From the IMG/VR virus record IMGVR_UViG_3300037348_000049, positions 1 to 64,000 of that record: a stretch of DNA of 64,000 nt; one strand, written 5' to 3'. A model generated the notes under the pieces. That model worked only from the letters and a program-made list of their open reading frames with translations, did not search any database and was not told where the DNA came from. The stretch is from a virus. Shown piece after piece: positions 16,873-27,686 of this stretch. The first letter of the stretch is position 1; each line of letters begins with the position of its first letter. Made by a program: the position numbers and the translations under genes.

Positions 16873-19638
16873 ATGGCAGTTGTAGGTAGCGCATCAGTCT
16901 TAGTGCGGTTTATTACTGCTGGCGCTGCGCAACAGTTAAAGAAGGACCTTACCGGCGTTTCGACAAGTGCTCGAAGCGCCGGAGGTTCTGTTGGTAAGTC
17001 TTTTGTAAGTGCTTTCAACGCTGAGCAAGGCGGAGTATTCAAAAAGCTTGGATCTGGATTTAAATCCATCGAGGGCCCTGCTCGTGCAGCCAGGGAGAGG
17101 TTGCAGAGTTTAGTACGAATAAGCAACTTCCTCTCCCCTGCCATTATAGGAGTTATAGGCGCTGTTGGTGCGCTTGGCGGAGTACTAGTTACATTGGTTG
17201 GAGTTCTCGCCGCAGCGGGCCCAGCTCTTGGGGTGGTTGCTGGAGGGTTTGTAACACTCGGTATTGCGGCTATTGGTGCCAAAATTGGCCTAAGTGGTAT
17301 TGGTGCTGCAGTATCTAAAGCTACGAAACAAAACGGGGCTCTTGGTAAGTCAATTGCTGTAATACGCGAAGAGCTTCAACAACTAGGCTTCGACGCTGAG
17401 GCGGCAGCTAACGCAGAGTCTCGAGCTGCGCTCAATCTGGAAGTTGCCCGGGAGAATTTAATACGAGTTCAGGACCTTCCGCCAAATTCTCGCGCTCGCC
17501 GCGAAGCCCAGCTAGGGTATGAAGAAGCAGAGCTAGCTTTCCGTAGGGCGAAAGACAATGCTGCTGACCTACAGAAGCAGCAAAAAGATGGGGTAGTACC
17601 CTCCAGCGTAGGCGGAGACGATCCTTTCGCCGGCCTGAATGCAAGTCAAAAGGCTTTTGCTCAGTACTTAATTTCTTTAAAGCCGCTATTTGATGAATTA
17701 GAAAATAGAATTTCTAAAGGGTTTATCCCATCCCTGATTTCTGGCTTTAAGAGAGTAGAGACGGAACTCCTTCGTACTGAAGACTTTGAAACTGCTATTG
17801 ATAACTTTGGTTTAGCCCTAGGGCGTGCTGGCCAGAGTTTCTTCAATGGAATTTTAGACAACGGTGGTGGACAAGCGGTAATAGACATCCTAGAAATGAT
17901 GTCAGCCGAAGGTGGGAGCATCGAGACACTAGGAGCAGTGCTTGGTAACGTCTTTGGGATATTCTTACAACTTCTAGTTGCGGCTCAGCCTGTGATAACT
18001 GCGCTATTCGGGGACCTAGAGAAGGGGACTTCTGGTTCTCTGGCTAATCTAAAGGGTCTAAACGAGAACGGGGACTTAACGAAAACATTTGGTGACTCGT
18101 ATGCAATACTCAAGCAACTAGTAGGCATTCTTGGTTTATTTCTTTCTGGATTTGGTGCTCTTGGTACTGCTGCCACGTCTAGCGGAGCTGCTGGAGCTCT
18201 ACTAACCTGGCTAGAGACTGTTGGTACGGGTTTTGCTGGACTTGGCGAGAATGAAGAGTTTAAGAAGACACTTGCTGGTGCTACTGATAATGGAATTATT
18301 CTTCTTCAAATAATTGGGGATATCCTAGGCTTCATACTTGAGCTTGGTGCTAGGCCTGAGATTGGTGCCTTCTTACAAGGACTACGTGATTTAGGCCCTC
18401 AGTTTGAAACATTGTTTAACAGCTTCTTAGAAGGCCTCCCTGGGCTCCTGGAGCTAATTGAGAACCTTGTTGGTATAGGAAATGCATTAACTGCTGACGG
18501 GGCACTGACGTCCTTTTTTGACACTCTTAACCTAATTGCTGGGACTATTAAAGATGTCCTAGAAACTAAACAAGCTCAGGACTTTATTGGAGCATTGTTC
18601 CCTGTTCTCCAGATTTTTAACGCTATCTCTCTCGCTGGTACATTACTGTTGAACTTCGTATTATTGCCGATTATTGGTGTACTCTTCACTCTTGCCACAC
18701 CAATTCTCTTACTAAGAAAAGGTCTTAGCCTAATTGGAGTAGACGGTATAAAACTAGGTAAATTCTTTGGTGGAATTGGTACATTTATAAAAGGGGTCTT
18801 TATGGGCCTTTTTACACTTATCAAAACCATACTTATAGCTATCGGTACAGCAATTAGGGTTGCATTCGCTACTAACCCTCTTGGCGCAATTATTACTGTA
18901 ATCGCTTTAGTAATAGCTGCCCTGGTTTATTTCTTTAGTCAGACAGAAATTGGCAAAAAAATCTGGCAAGGTTTTGTCGACTTCATCTCCGGTCTCATAG
19001 GGAACATTGGTGCCTTCTTTACTGGACTCGGCGAAAGTATTTCCGAGAGCTTTGGGAGAACGGTAGAGAATCTAAAGCTCTTTTGGGATGGCTTCGTGGG
19101 CTTCTTCCAAGATGCAATTGGCAATATAGGTGGCTTCTTTGAGACCGTATTCAATAATATTAAAACTTTTTTCAAAGACGTAATTAACAATCTAATCGGT
19201 TTTGCAGAAGGATTCGTGAATTTCTGGATTAAGGGGCTCAACTTTATTATCTCTAAGATAAACGAGATACAATTTGAGGTTCCAGATTGGGTTCCACTAA
19301 TTGGTGGTAACAAGCTAGGCTTCAACTTGCCGTTGCTTTCCGAAATTCAACTCCCTCGCTTGGCTAAGGGTGGTGTTGTGCTACCTCAATCCGGTGGTCA
19401 GATAGTAACTGTGGCTGAGGCGGGGCGACCAGAGCGCATTGAGCCACTAGATCCTAGTGGGCTCTCTCGTCGTGATAGAGCTCTTATCCAAGTGTTGTCA
19501 GGTGCTGAAAATAGTAGCAATAAACCAAGTGTAGTTAACACAATTAATGTATACGCCACTCCAGGCATGGACGCTAAAGAACTGGCTGAAGAAGTTTCCC
19601 GTAGAATTGCTTTCAAAGTTAGAAAGGGTGCCTTCTGA
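16873..19638 (+). CDS. tape measure protein
   Basis: 921-aa Ala/Gly/Leu-rich helical protein with hydrophobic stretches and W/F-periodic repeats; C-terminal IQLPRLAKGGVV...VTVAEAGRPE motif. Confidence 0.9.
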   Translation: MAVVGSASVLVRFITAGAAQQLKKDLTGVSTSARSAGGSVGKSFVSAFNAEQGGVFKKLGSGFKSIEGPARAARERLQSLVRISNFLSPAIIGVIGAVGALGGVLVTLVGVLAAAGPALGVVAGGFVTLGIAAIGAKIGLSGIGAAVSKATKQNGALGKSIAVIREELQQLGFDAEAAANAESRAALNLEVARENLIRVQDLPPNSRARREAQLGYEEAELAFRRAKDNAADLQKQQKDGVVPSSVGGDDPFAGLNASQKAFAQYLISLKPLFDELENRISKGFIPSLISGFKRVETELLRTEDFETAIDNFGLALGRAGQSFFNGILDNGGGQAVIDILEMMSAEGGSIETLGAVLGNVFGIFLQLLVAAQPVITALFGDLEKGTSGSLANLKGLNENGDLTKTFGDSYAILKQLVGILGLFLSGFGALGTAATSSGAAGALLTWLETVGTGFAGLGENEEFKKTLAGATDNGIILLQIIGDILGFILELGARPEIGAFLQGLRDLGPQFETLFNSFLEGLPGLLELIENLVGIGNALTADGALTSFFDTLNLIAGTIKDVLETKQAQDFIGALFPVLQIFNAISLAGTLLLNFVLLPIIGVLFTLATPILLLRKGLSLIGVDGIKLGKFFGGIGTFIKGVFMGLFTLIKTILIAIGTAIRVAFATNPLGAIITVIALVIAALVYFFSQTEIGKKIWQGFVDFISGLIGNIGAFFTGLGESISESFGRTVENLKLFWDGFVGFFQDAIGNIGGFFETVFNNIKTFFKDVINNLIGFAEGFVNFWIKGLNFIISKINEIQFEVPDWVPLIGGNKLGFNLPLLSEIQLPRLAKGGVVLPQSGGQIVTVAEAGRPERIEPLDPSGLSRRDRALIQVLSGAENSSNKPSVVNTINVYATPGMDAKELAEEVSRRIAFKVRKGAF

Positions 19639-20552
19639 TGTATGAATATTATGATTCAACAACAAATGCTGCTGCGCAAGAAAACGAAAATAAAAAAGTA
19701 AACTTAGGGCTTAGTCCTCTACCAACACCACACATAACTGGGCTCAAGTTAGCTGCTGACGTAGCTATAGGATCCTTAACGCTAAACACTATCGATGAGA
19801 ACGGCGTAGTTTGGGTTATGACAGATTTAGAGGGCTGGTGGCAGCAGGCCGAGCCTGAACTCCCATCCCTAAGACGTGGTTGGGGGGACGGAGACTACGA
19901 TGCTGTAGGACGCTATGGAGCTAGGAATATAACACTGACCGGATCTTTCTTGACCCAGGACCCATCACAAGTGGCAGCAGCTCGCGACAAGCTCATTAGA
20001 GCAACTAATCTAGTGCGAACCGCTGATTGGCTTATTGTTAACGAATCTCCAGTCGCAAAAGCTGCATATGTCAGATTGAGTGGTGCTCCGCAAATTGAAA
20101 CCATCTCTGCGCGTGGCCGAACTAACTTTTCAGTGGGATTTAAAGCAGCGGACCCCATAAAATACGAGTGGGTGGAGGGAGCTGCAAACAACTTCCGAAC
20201 CGCGGGTCTAAACTCTGGTGGGATCACCGTAAATAACCTTGGCAACACTCCGGTTCCTGTAGTCTTTGAGCTTTTTGGCCCAGTTAGTGCCTCTGCAGCA
20301 TCCCCCGTGCGCATATCTAGAGTAGGCGGAGGTTCCATAGCTATTGTAGATTCTATTGTGTCCGGTCAAACTCTAGAAATTGATTCTATGAATCGAGAAG
20401 TCCTCTTAATTGAGGGTGAATCGGTTCTTAGTGGTAGGTATAAGACGGCTACCCTATTAGATTGGATATATCTACAACCAGGACCCAATACTCTCTCATA
20501 CAACGGTTCGGGAAGCTGTAGAATATTGTATAGGTCAGGCTGGATAGGCTAA
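19638..20552 (+). CDS. distal tail (Dit-like) protein
   Basis: Follows the tape measure gene; LEGWW..., GARNITLTG, FKAADPIKY and WIYLQPGPNTL motifs. Confidence 0.75.
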   Translation: MYEYYDSTTNAAAQENENKKVNLGLSPLPTPHITGLKLAADVAIGSLTLNTIDENGVVWVMTDLEGWWQQAEPELPSLRRGWGDGDYDAVGRYGARNITLTGSFLTQDPSQVAAARDKLIRATNLVRTADWLIVNESPVAKAAYVRLSGAPQIETISARGRTNFSVGFKAADPIKYEWVEGAANNFRTAGLNSGGITVNNLGNTPVPVVFELFGPVSASAASPVRISRVGGGSIAIVDSIVSGQTLEIDSMNREVLLIEGESVLSGRYKTATLLDWIYLQPGPNTLSYNGSGSCRILYRSGWIG

Positions 20553-20574
20553 CTCTAAGGACTAAACGACAATT

Positions 20575-22617
20575 ATGACAAAAACGAGACAAGTTGCGCA
20601 AGTAGACTACCGATATTTTGTGGTGGACCTAGTCAGCAATACCTTGCTTGCCGAGGTGCCCTTTGTTGGCGTCTCTTATAGTCGATCCTTACGGGAGTCT
20701 GGGACTTTTTCTGGATCCATACCCATCACAGAGGATACTTACAATCTAAGTCTCTATGAAAACACTCTGCCCGGTACAAGAGCACTTTTTGTTACCAGAA
20801 ACGGTGTCACGGTTTGGGGCGGAATTATATGGTCGAGAACATATGACATCGTATCAAAAAACCTAGAGGTTTCGGCATCTGAATTTACCAGCTATCTATA
20901 CAACAGGGTGCTTTGGCAAACCTTTTCAAATTCATTCAGTGGCAACGCAGAGGTAGTTGCCGGTGTTGCTACTATAAATCTAGATTTTACGGAATACGCT
21001 TTCATTGTGGGCGAGCCAGTGTATTTAGACTGGGGTACAGATAGGCGTCAATATAACGGATATTACAGCGTCCTCACTACCAACGGTACTGATAGCTTCA
21101 CTACCACAGCTGAGTACGTAACCGGTCAAGGCGTCACTAAGACAATTCCGGATCAAATCGTAGAACCTGCTATAATGACTGTAGAAATTAGACAGGACAC
21201 TTACGAATATGCGCGCTACATTCTTGGAGAGCTAGAGAATGATTTTTTTGATCTTAGCTTTGCTAATGACGCAATTGAGCCAGGCATCGATCTTTTCAAT
21301 GAGATTGAGCTATACAGTCGGTCAGGAAACGTTGCTTCCATAATCTTAAAACAGCCGCATCAATTAGTAGTGGGTCAAAAAATTGAAGTCACAGACTCCG
21401 GAAATGGTTTTAATACTTTAGAGGCAAAAGTTAAAGAAGTTTTAAATGACAGTACTTTTAGTTATGACAATCAGGGACCTGACCTAACGGTAGCATCAGC
21501 ACTAACTTCATCTTCTGGACTTGCTTTCTGGCAGAGGCTCAATTCTGTAGTTACGGTCACGACAGAAGCAGCTCATAACTTTAACCTCGGTGCAATTGTA
21601 TATATTGAGAATCTAAACCCTACAGTAGATGGCTTCCATACAATCAGTTCGGTTGGTACTCCCGGAGCAAATAACTTTCAGTTTGTATCTGCTGGCAACA
21701 TCATAGCCTTTAGCCCAGCCGCAGCGGATGCCGAAGCTACCGTGTCCCCTGCAGTAACCTACTCTACCTACGGATCCTATGCAAACAATTCTACGCTAGG
21801 GATACAATTCGAAGGGACTCCTTCTAGCGACAAAAAGCAGAGGAACAGCACTATACGCGGTTATGAGTTAAAACCAATTGGAGACATACTAGACGAATAC
21901 TCCAACGTACCTAATGGCTTTGAGTACCGTATCGATTGCGAGTTTGACGAAGTTACTAATAAGTTTAAAAAAATATTTAAGTTTCTACCACTAATACCAC
22001 CAAGCCTCGCGACATACCTATCAACGCTGCCCGAGGGCAAGCTGCCTGTTGGAGAGCTCGCACCCGTTAGTGCGTTTGGTGCCGATATTAATGTGTTTGA
22101 GTACCCAGGGAACGTCAGTTCTGCATCTCTAGAAGAGAGTGCGGAAGATTCGGCAACTCGCTTTTGGGTACAAGGTAATGACCCAGATCTCAGTGGTGAT
22201 GCTAGTCAGCCATATGCAGCAGCGGCGGACGTTGACTTACTGAGCAGAGGATGGCCAATTATAGACCAGACTGAAACTGTAGAATCAGCAGATGAAGCGT
22301 TACTGCAGATCTACGCAAGTAGATACTTAGATGAAGCTAGACCACCTGTTAGCAATTTCACTATCTCAGTAAACGGATCACTGACTCCCGAGGTGGGGAG
22401 CTATAAACCGGGGGATTGGTGCTCAGTTATTATTAATGATGATTTTGTCAACTTGCGTCTACAAAGCTATATAGAACTGAGAGATGGCACAAATAGGCAG
22501 GTACTGCTTAGGAAGATAGATGCGTTTGAGGTAACTATCCCGGACAACCCATCGTTTCCTGAAGAAGTTTCTCTTGAACTAGTTACAGAACCAGAGGTGG
22601 ATAAAATTGGCAATTAG
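20575..22617 (+). CDS. minor tail / baseplate hub protein with inserted beta-barrel repeats
   Basis: Follows Dit. YRYFVVDL...GTFSGSI...VWGGIIWSR N-terminus and YKPGDWCSVII C-terminus; three internal H-x-[LF]-x2-G-x2-[VI] modules. Confidence 0.7.
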   Translation: MTKTRQVAQVDYRYFVVDLVSNTLLAEVPFVGVSYSRSLRESGTFSGSIPITEDTYNLSLYENTLPGTRALFVTRNGVTVWGGIIWSRTYDIVSKNLEVSASEFTSYLYNRVLWQTFSNSFSGNAEVVAGVATINLDFTEYAFIVGEPVYLDWGTDRRQYNGYYSVLTTNGTDSFTTTAEYVTGQGVTKTIPDQIVEPAIMTVEIRQDTYEYARYILGELENDFFDLSFANDAIEPGIDLFNEIELYSRSGNVASIILKQPHQLVVGQKIEVTDSGNGFNTLEAKVKEVLNDSTFSYDNQGPDLTVASALTSSSGLAFWQRLNSVVTVTTEAAHNFNLGAIVYIENLNPTVDGFHTISSVGTPGANNFQFVSAGNIIAFSPAAADAEATVSPAVTYSTYGSYANNSTLGIQFEGTPSSDKKQRNSTIRGYELKPIGDILDEYSNVPNGFEYRIDCEFDEVTNKFKKIFKFLPLIPPSLATYLSTLPEGKLPVGELAPVSAFGADINVFEYPGNVSSASLEESAEDSATRFWVQGNDPDLSGDASQPYAAAADVDLLSRGWPIIDQTETVESADEALLQIYASRYLDEARPPVSNFTISVNGSLTPEVGSYKPGDWCSVIINDDFVNLRLQSYIELRDGTNRQVLLRKIDAFEVTIPDNPSFPEEVSLELVTEPEVDKIGN

Positions 22618-25369
22618 GCGTCGTAGAAAAAAACTAACTAACTTATTAAGCACACTCGATAGGAGAGTGAAAGGCCTGGAACTTAGGCCTATTGACCTTC
22701 TTAGTGCAAATCAAGCCGCCTTTATTCAAGAAACAGCTGCGGATGCGATTGACGTCATTGTCTCTGACAGTGCACCATTCCAATATAAGCCAATTTATAA
22801 AGCATACTTTTATGGGAACAAGGTAACGGGGTCGGGCTCTCAGGTTGAGTTGTTTTTTGAGTCCGACACTGGAGCGGGTGTAGGAGATAGACTCCAGGTC
22901 AGTGGACTAAATGGCACGAGCTCGGTTAGTTTAGAGATTTCGGGAGATAGCTTTATAGCTATCAGGGAAGGATCTCCCGACTGGGATCAAGAGGGTAGAA
23001 AAACTTGGCAGTACACTCCTAGTGCACAAGAAAGCAACTTAAGTCATTCGTTGGTGTACAAAACCAATGTCGCGGCTCCCGGTTCCTTTTCTGGTGCTAA
23101 ATCTCTTTCGGTTAGGGCTAGGATAGCTAGCTACCAAGCAACAGGTAGTACTGTGCGGATAAATCTCACAGATGCCCATAAGTTTAAAGTCGATGACATA
23201 CTATATGTTGAGCTCGGGGTTGAAAACCCTATTATTTTTGGCATAGACGGTCTATTTAGGCTCACGGCCGTAGAGCCTACGTATGTTGAGTACGAGATTT
23301 CCAGCCCGCTAGCAGAACCCATTGGTGTAACTCCTGTTGTCACAATTATTAGATACATATACGCAGTAGCTCATGAGTATGTCCGAGAAGGTGCCACCTG
23401 GATTGATAGTAGCGGAGATTCCGATGTTGTCTATATTTGGAAAGATTTTCGCTGGGTGAGCTTTAGCTCATATGTTGGCGACGACGGGATAGCACCAGCA
23501 CCCGTTACTAACTTATCTGCTGAAACTAGCACTCGTGGTGTCAATGGTGTACAAGCAGGTGTTGCTACGGTCACTCTGACATGGACTAATCCAACCAAAA
23601 ACGCTACTGGTGGTCCTCTCGATGACTTATTTGGCTTTGACGTTTGGTATAGATATTCCGCTTCCGACAAGTGGAATAAATCTGGAGTAGTTCCCGGCGA
23701 TGACAGTGAGTGGACTCAAGACGGCTTCGAAGTACCTAAGAACGTTACTTTTAGGGTTTATGCTATAGATAGCGGTGGGCTACCATCTGCTCCAGCTGAC
23801 ATTACAGTAGCCACCGTGCCTGGTGCAAAAGAGATTAAGGCTCCTACCCCTCCACAGATCACCCAGTATTTAGGAACACCCAGATTTGAATGGAATGGTC
23901 TACAACAAGACTTTACTACTCCTCCATCAGATGCCTACGAAGTTGAAGTCCATCTATCCACTATTAATGGTTTTTCAATAACAGACGGGGCTTTTCCTGC
24001 AGGGTCTTTTTACGGTAAGTTTTCCGCTATTCCTGGCGGGTACTTGCTGGTCAATGCTAATGACCTAACTGATGGTGCTGCTTACTATGTTCGGTTTGTT
24101 TTGACGGACATTTACGGAAATAAAGAGGCCTCTCAGCAGGGAACCTTTACGGCTAAAGTTAGCAAAGTTGTAACGTTCGATCTACTAGACGTAGGGACAC
24201 TAAATGGTCAACTAATTACAGGATTGGGGATTCAGACAGGCCAGAACGTTGCTGGCGGCTTTGGAGATCAGAGTGGTCTTATCCTTGATACAAATGGACT
24301 AAGAGCATACAACAATGGTGGTGCTCAAACCGTAAACATTGATGCAAACACAGGAGCTGTTAGCTTAACTGGCAGTATTAACATTAGTGGTTACGCAAAA
24401 ACCTCAGATTTGACAACTGCCATTAACAATCTCCCAGACAATGGCCTAAGCACACAGGACATTATCAACGCAATTAATAGTTCTGGTGCTGGTTCAATTA
24501 ACGAAACCGTTGTTAGCCCAAATGGGATAGTAACCCCAATAGTTGCAGCAAACACATTTATTGCGCTTGGCAGTAGCAGAGACATCCTTGCGGCTGGTAC
24601 CACAATTAATGGTAGCAAGATAACGACAGGGACAATTGACGCCAGCAAGGTGACGGTGTCAAACATAAACGCAGATAACATAAAAGCTGGAACTATTACT
24701 GGAACGAGTCTGCAAACTGCTGCGTCAGGAAAGCGAATTCTGATCAGTCAGGTTAGCAATTCTATCGTGGTTTATGGTAATAACGGGTCTGAGGTTGGTC
24801 GTATACAGGCCGCTATTAACGCTGGCACGTTTACCCTTAGTGGAACCGGGTCTGCAGGTATTTCTATAGGGCTGGTCTCTACGCAAATACGTGGAGGCCT
24901 GGGAACAGTTGGAACTAGCTCTAACATAACCGCTGGGGGGAGATGCGGGCAAGTGGTCTTCTCATCGCTAGGTACTACTTCCTCTGTAGGCAGGTCCACT
25001 ACTTTTGAGACCCAAGGGCTTTTTGGTCCAGCGGCATCTGACGCACGGCTAAAGGAAAACGTTATAGAGCTGGAAAACAGCTTGGATCTTATAAACCAAC
25101 TGCGCCCAGTTAAGTTTCAATTTATTACTGAAGAAAACGGTCCGGTTAGCTATGGCCTAATTGCGCAGGAAGTGCAGCCTCTATTTGACGACAACGACAA
25201 CGTCGTTAACGAAATGATTGTCGGTGACCCCGAAGAGGGCGAAGACAACACAACTTACCTAAGTATCGAGTATGACGCCTTTATAGCTCCACTCATTAAG
25301 GCAGTTCAAGAACTGTCCGAAAAGAACGACGCACTCGAGGCTAGGCTGGAAGCACTAGAAGGAAACTAA
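22607..25369 (+). CDS. tail spike / host-specificity protein with FN3 domain and C-terminal peptidase S74 intramolecular chaperone
   Basis: APVTNLSA..VTLTWTNP..FRVYAIDSGG is FN3-like. SDARLKENV..LRPVKF..GLIAQEV..LIKAVQEL..LEARLEALE is the S74 chaperone signature. Confidence 0.8.
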   Translation: MAIRRRRKKLTNLLSTLDRRVKGLELRPIDLLSANQAAFIQETAADAIDVIVSDSAPFQYKPIYKAYFYGNKVTGSGSQVELFFESDTGAGVGDRLQVSGLNGTSSVSLEISGDSFIAIREGSPDWDQEGRKTWQYTPSAQESNLSHSLVYKTNVAAPGSFSGAKSLSVRARIASYQATGSTVRINLTDAHKFKVDDILYVELGVENPIIFGIDGLFRLTAVEPTYVEYEISSPLAEPIGVTPVVTIIRYIYAVAHEYVREGATWIDSSGDSDVVYIWKDFRWVSFSSYVGDDGIAPAPVTNLSAETSTRGVNGVQAGVATVTLTWTNPTKNATGGPLDDLFGFDVWYRYSASDKWNKSGVVPGDDSEWTQDGFEVPKNVTFRVYAIDSGGLPSAPADITVATVPGAKEIKAPTPPQITQYLGTPRFEWNGLQQDFTTPPSDAYEVEVHLSTINGFSITDGAFPAGSFYGKFSAIPGGYLLVNANDLTDGAAYYVRFVLTDIYGNKEASQQGTFTAKVSKVVTFDLLDVGTLNGQLITGLGIQTGQNVAGGFGDQSGLILDTNGLRAYNNGGAQTVNIDANTGAVSLTGSINISGYAKTSDLTTAINNLPDNGLSTQDIINAINSSGAGSINETVVSPNGIVTPIVAANTFIALGSSRDILAAGTTINGSKITTGTIDASKVTVSNINADNIKAGTITGTSLQTAASGKRILISQVSNSIVVYGNNGSEVGRIQAAINAGTFTLSGTGSAGISIGLVSTQIRGGLGTVGTSSNITAGGRCGQVVFSSLGTTSSVGRSTTFETQGLFGPAASDARLKENVIELENSLDLINQLRPVKFQFITEENGPVSYGLIAQEVQPLFDDNDNVVNEMIVGDPEEGEDNTTYLSIEYDAFIAPLIKAVQELSEKNDALEARLEALEGN

Positions 25370-25375
25370 AGACAT

Positions 25376-25846
25376 ATGCATGAAGTGAGAGATGGATCCA
25401 GGACTTTGCAGTTTAATGGCACCTTGGTAGCGGAGTCTAGTTCGGAGAGGTACAACTCTCTGAGATGGATCGAGTTCAAGCTCTATAAGACAGAGAACGG
25501 CTCTTATGTTTTATCTAGGGTTGGCGTTTCTCTAATGTTCCATGGAGCCGCTTGTCATTTAGTGAAGAAATATAACCTCCAAGAAGGGCCAGCGGTTGAG
25601 CTGCACGAAGAGGCCGTTGCCTGCGAAGAGTGTAACCCTGATGAGAGTGCGGTCCTGGTTTTTCCTGAAAAAAATCGCACTTGGGCTCAAGTTAGCGATA
25701 AACCCGATGCTGTATTGAAAGCTCTATACAAGTATGACCAAAATGGGGCAAAGTATCTAACTGGAGTCGCACAAAGATTATTAGAATCTGCATCTAAGGT
25801 TGACATAGAGATTAATTCTGTATATAATTTTGAGGTAATCCCGTAA
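25376..25846 (+). CDS. hypothetical protein
   Basis: 156-aa ORF between the tail and replication blocks; contains CHL and CEEC cysteine motifs. Confidence 0.7.
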   Translation: MHEVRDGSRTLQFNGTLVAESSSERYNSLRWIEFKLYKTENGSYVLSRVGVSLMFHGAACHLVKKYNLQEGPAVELHEEAVACEECNPDESAVLVFPEKNRTWAQVSDKPDAVLKALYKYDQNGAKYLTGVAQRLLESASKVDIEINSVYNFEVIP

Positions 25847-25868
25847 TCAACTAAAATGAAAAGACAAA

Positions 25869-27686
25869 ATGACAGGACTCAGAGGGGTCCAATTTGAGCT
25901 AGTGGACAGTTTAGATCAAGCTAATCGCTTTCTATCCTGGCTAGGTCAAAAACGACCTTACGACGCTATTTCAATAGATACCGAAACTGGTGAACTACCA
26001 GGTAGGGATCGAAACGATGCACTATCTCCCTGGAAGGGTAGATTACGGCTTGTTCAGGTGGGCGATTCAGATATTGGTTGGTCAATACCCTGGGATGAGT
26101 GGCGTGGCGCTTTCTATCAGGGAATGGCCAGATACGAAGGCCTAATAGTCTGTCACAATGTTGCTTTTGAAGCAAAATTCTTTGAACTTCACTCTAAGTG
26201 GAAGATTCCATGGCATCGGGCCCACGACACCATGATTATGGCTCAATTGTTGGACCCTCTGGGCTCCGGTGCACTAAAAACCTTAACCGCTCGATACATT
26301 GATCCTTTTGCCGCTTACTTGCAAGATGAGCTTGCTGCCGGATTAGCCAAAAACGGCTGGACCTGGGGAACTGTTCCTATAGAATACGAGCCATATTGGG
26401 CTTATGGAGCAATGGACCCTATCCTGACTATGAGATTGTTCGCAGAGTTCTGGCCGCAGGTGAAGCCTGGAACTGCTTTTCACTATGCCTACGAATTAGA
26501 GATGAATACAAGACGAATAGTTACCACTATGGAGCTCAACGGCGCCAGGGTTGATCTTGACTATTCTCAGAAGAAATATGATGAACTTGTCACGTATACG
26601 GAAACAGTGAAGGACTGGGTTAAGGACACTTATGGCTCCTCTGTCACTAGCAATGCTCAGATGGCACGGCTGTTTCAGGATCGAATGGGTGCAGAGATTA
26701 ATGAAAGAACCCCTAGCGGTCAAGCTTCTTTATCTAAAGATCAACTTAAGTATTTTACTATAAATGGAACTGATGAAGTTAAGAACCTTGCTGATGTTAT
26801 GTTAAAACAGCGAAAAGCTGACAAAATTGCTGGTACCTACTTCTTAAACTTTATAAACGACAATGTAGACGGCTTTGTTCACCCGTCTATTAAGACAATG
26901 GGCGCCCGTACTGGTCGAATGTCTATCAATAATCCGGCCCTGCAGACTTTGCCCAAGGGCGATGACGTTGTTCGGCGTGCATTCTTACCCAAAGATGACG
27001 ACCACGTAATTATCACTTCGGACCTTGACCAAGTCGAGTTTCGTATGTTTGCATCTCTTTCCGAGGATGAAAATCTTATTAGCCTCTTCAGAAACGCTGA
27101 TGCTACGGGGTCTGATCCGTTTACTGAGATTGGTCGAGAGATTTACCAAGACCCGTCTATGCAAAAATCTGACAAGCGACGCAATCTAATCAAGGGTGTT
27201 ATTTATGGACGTCTATACGGTGCCGGAATATCTAAACAAGCTCTCACCGCAGGCGTGCCAGAAGAACAAATGCGAACTGTCTCTAACGCTTTTGATAGAC
27301 GCTTTCCGGGCATGACCCTATTTCAGAAAAAAGTTGAAGCTGTCGGACTGCGGCGACTACATTCCGAAGGTCAGGGTTACGCAAAAACTTGGACTGGTAG
27401 ACGACTACCCTGCGACGAGGACCGAGTGTATACGCTTGTGAATTACATGATACAAGGCGGCGCAGCAGAAGTCTTTAAGTCTAACCTTGTAAAGTTGGAC
27501 GCAGCGGATCTAACTCATCTACTTATTGTTCCCGTACACGATGAAATAGTGCTGAACGCGCCTCGCGCTGACGCAGAAGAAATTAAAAGAATAGTTAAAG
27601 AATGCATGACTACAACAGAAGGATGGGAAGTGCAGCTCACGGCTGATGCTGACGGTCCACTAGAGCACTGGGGAGCAAAATACTAA
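25869..27686 (+). CDS. polA: family A DNA polymerase with 3'-5' exonuclease domain
   Basis: ExoI SIDTETG, ExoII HNVAFE, ExoIII YGAMD; RTGRMS..NPALQ; motif A DLDQVEFR; motif B RNLIKGVIYGRLYG; motif C VHDEIV. Confidence 0.95.
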   Translation: MTGLRGVQFELVDSLDQANRFLSWLGQKRPYDAISIDTETGELPGRDRNDALSPWKGRLRLVQVGDSDIGWSIPWDEWRGAFYQGMARYEGLIVCHNVAFEAKFFELHSKWKIPWHRAHDTMIMAQLLDPLGSGALKTLTARYIDPFAAYLQDELAAGLAKNGWTWGTVPIEYEPYWAYGAMDPILTMRLFAEFWPQVKPGTAFHYAYELEMNTRRIVTTMELNGARVDLDYSQKKYDELVTYTETVKDWVKDTYGSSVTSNAQMARLFQDRMGAEINERTPSGQASLSKDQLKYFTINGTDEVKNLADVMLKQRKADKIAGTYFLNFINDNVDGFVHPSIKTMGARTGRMSINNPALQTLPKGDDVVRRAFLPKDDDHVIITSDLDQVEFRMFASLSEDENLISLFRNADATGSDPFTEIGREIYQDPSMQKSDKRRNLIKGVIYGRLYGAGISKQALTAGVPEEQMRTVSNAFDRRFPGMTLFQKKVEAVGLRRLHSEGQGYAKTWTGRRLPCDEDRVYTLVNYMIQGGAAEVFKSNLVKLDAADLTHLLIVPVHDEIVLNAPRADAEEIKRIVKECMTTTEGWEVQLTADADGPLEHWGAKY

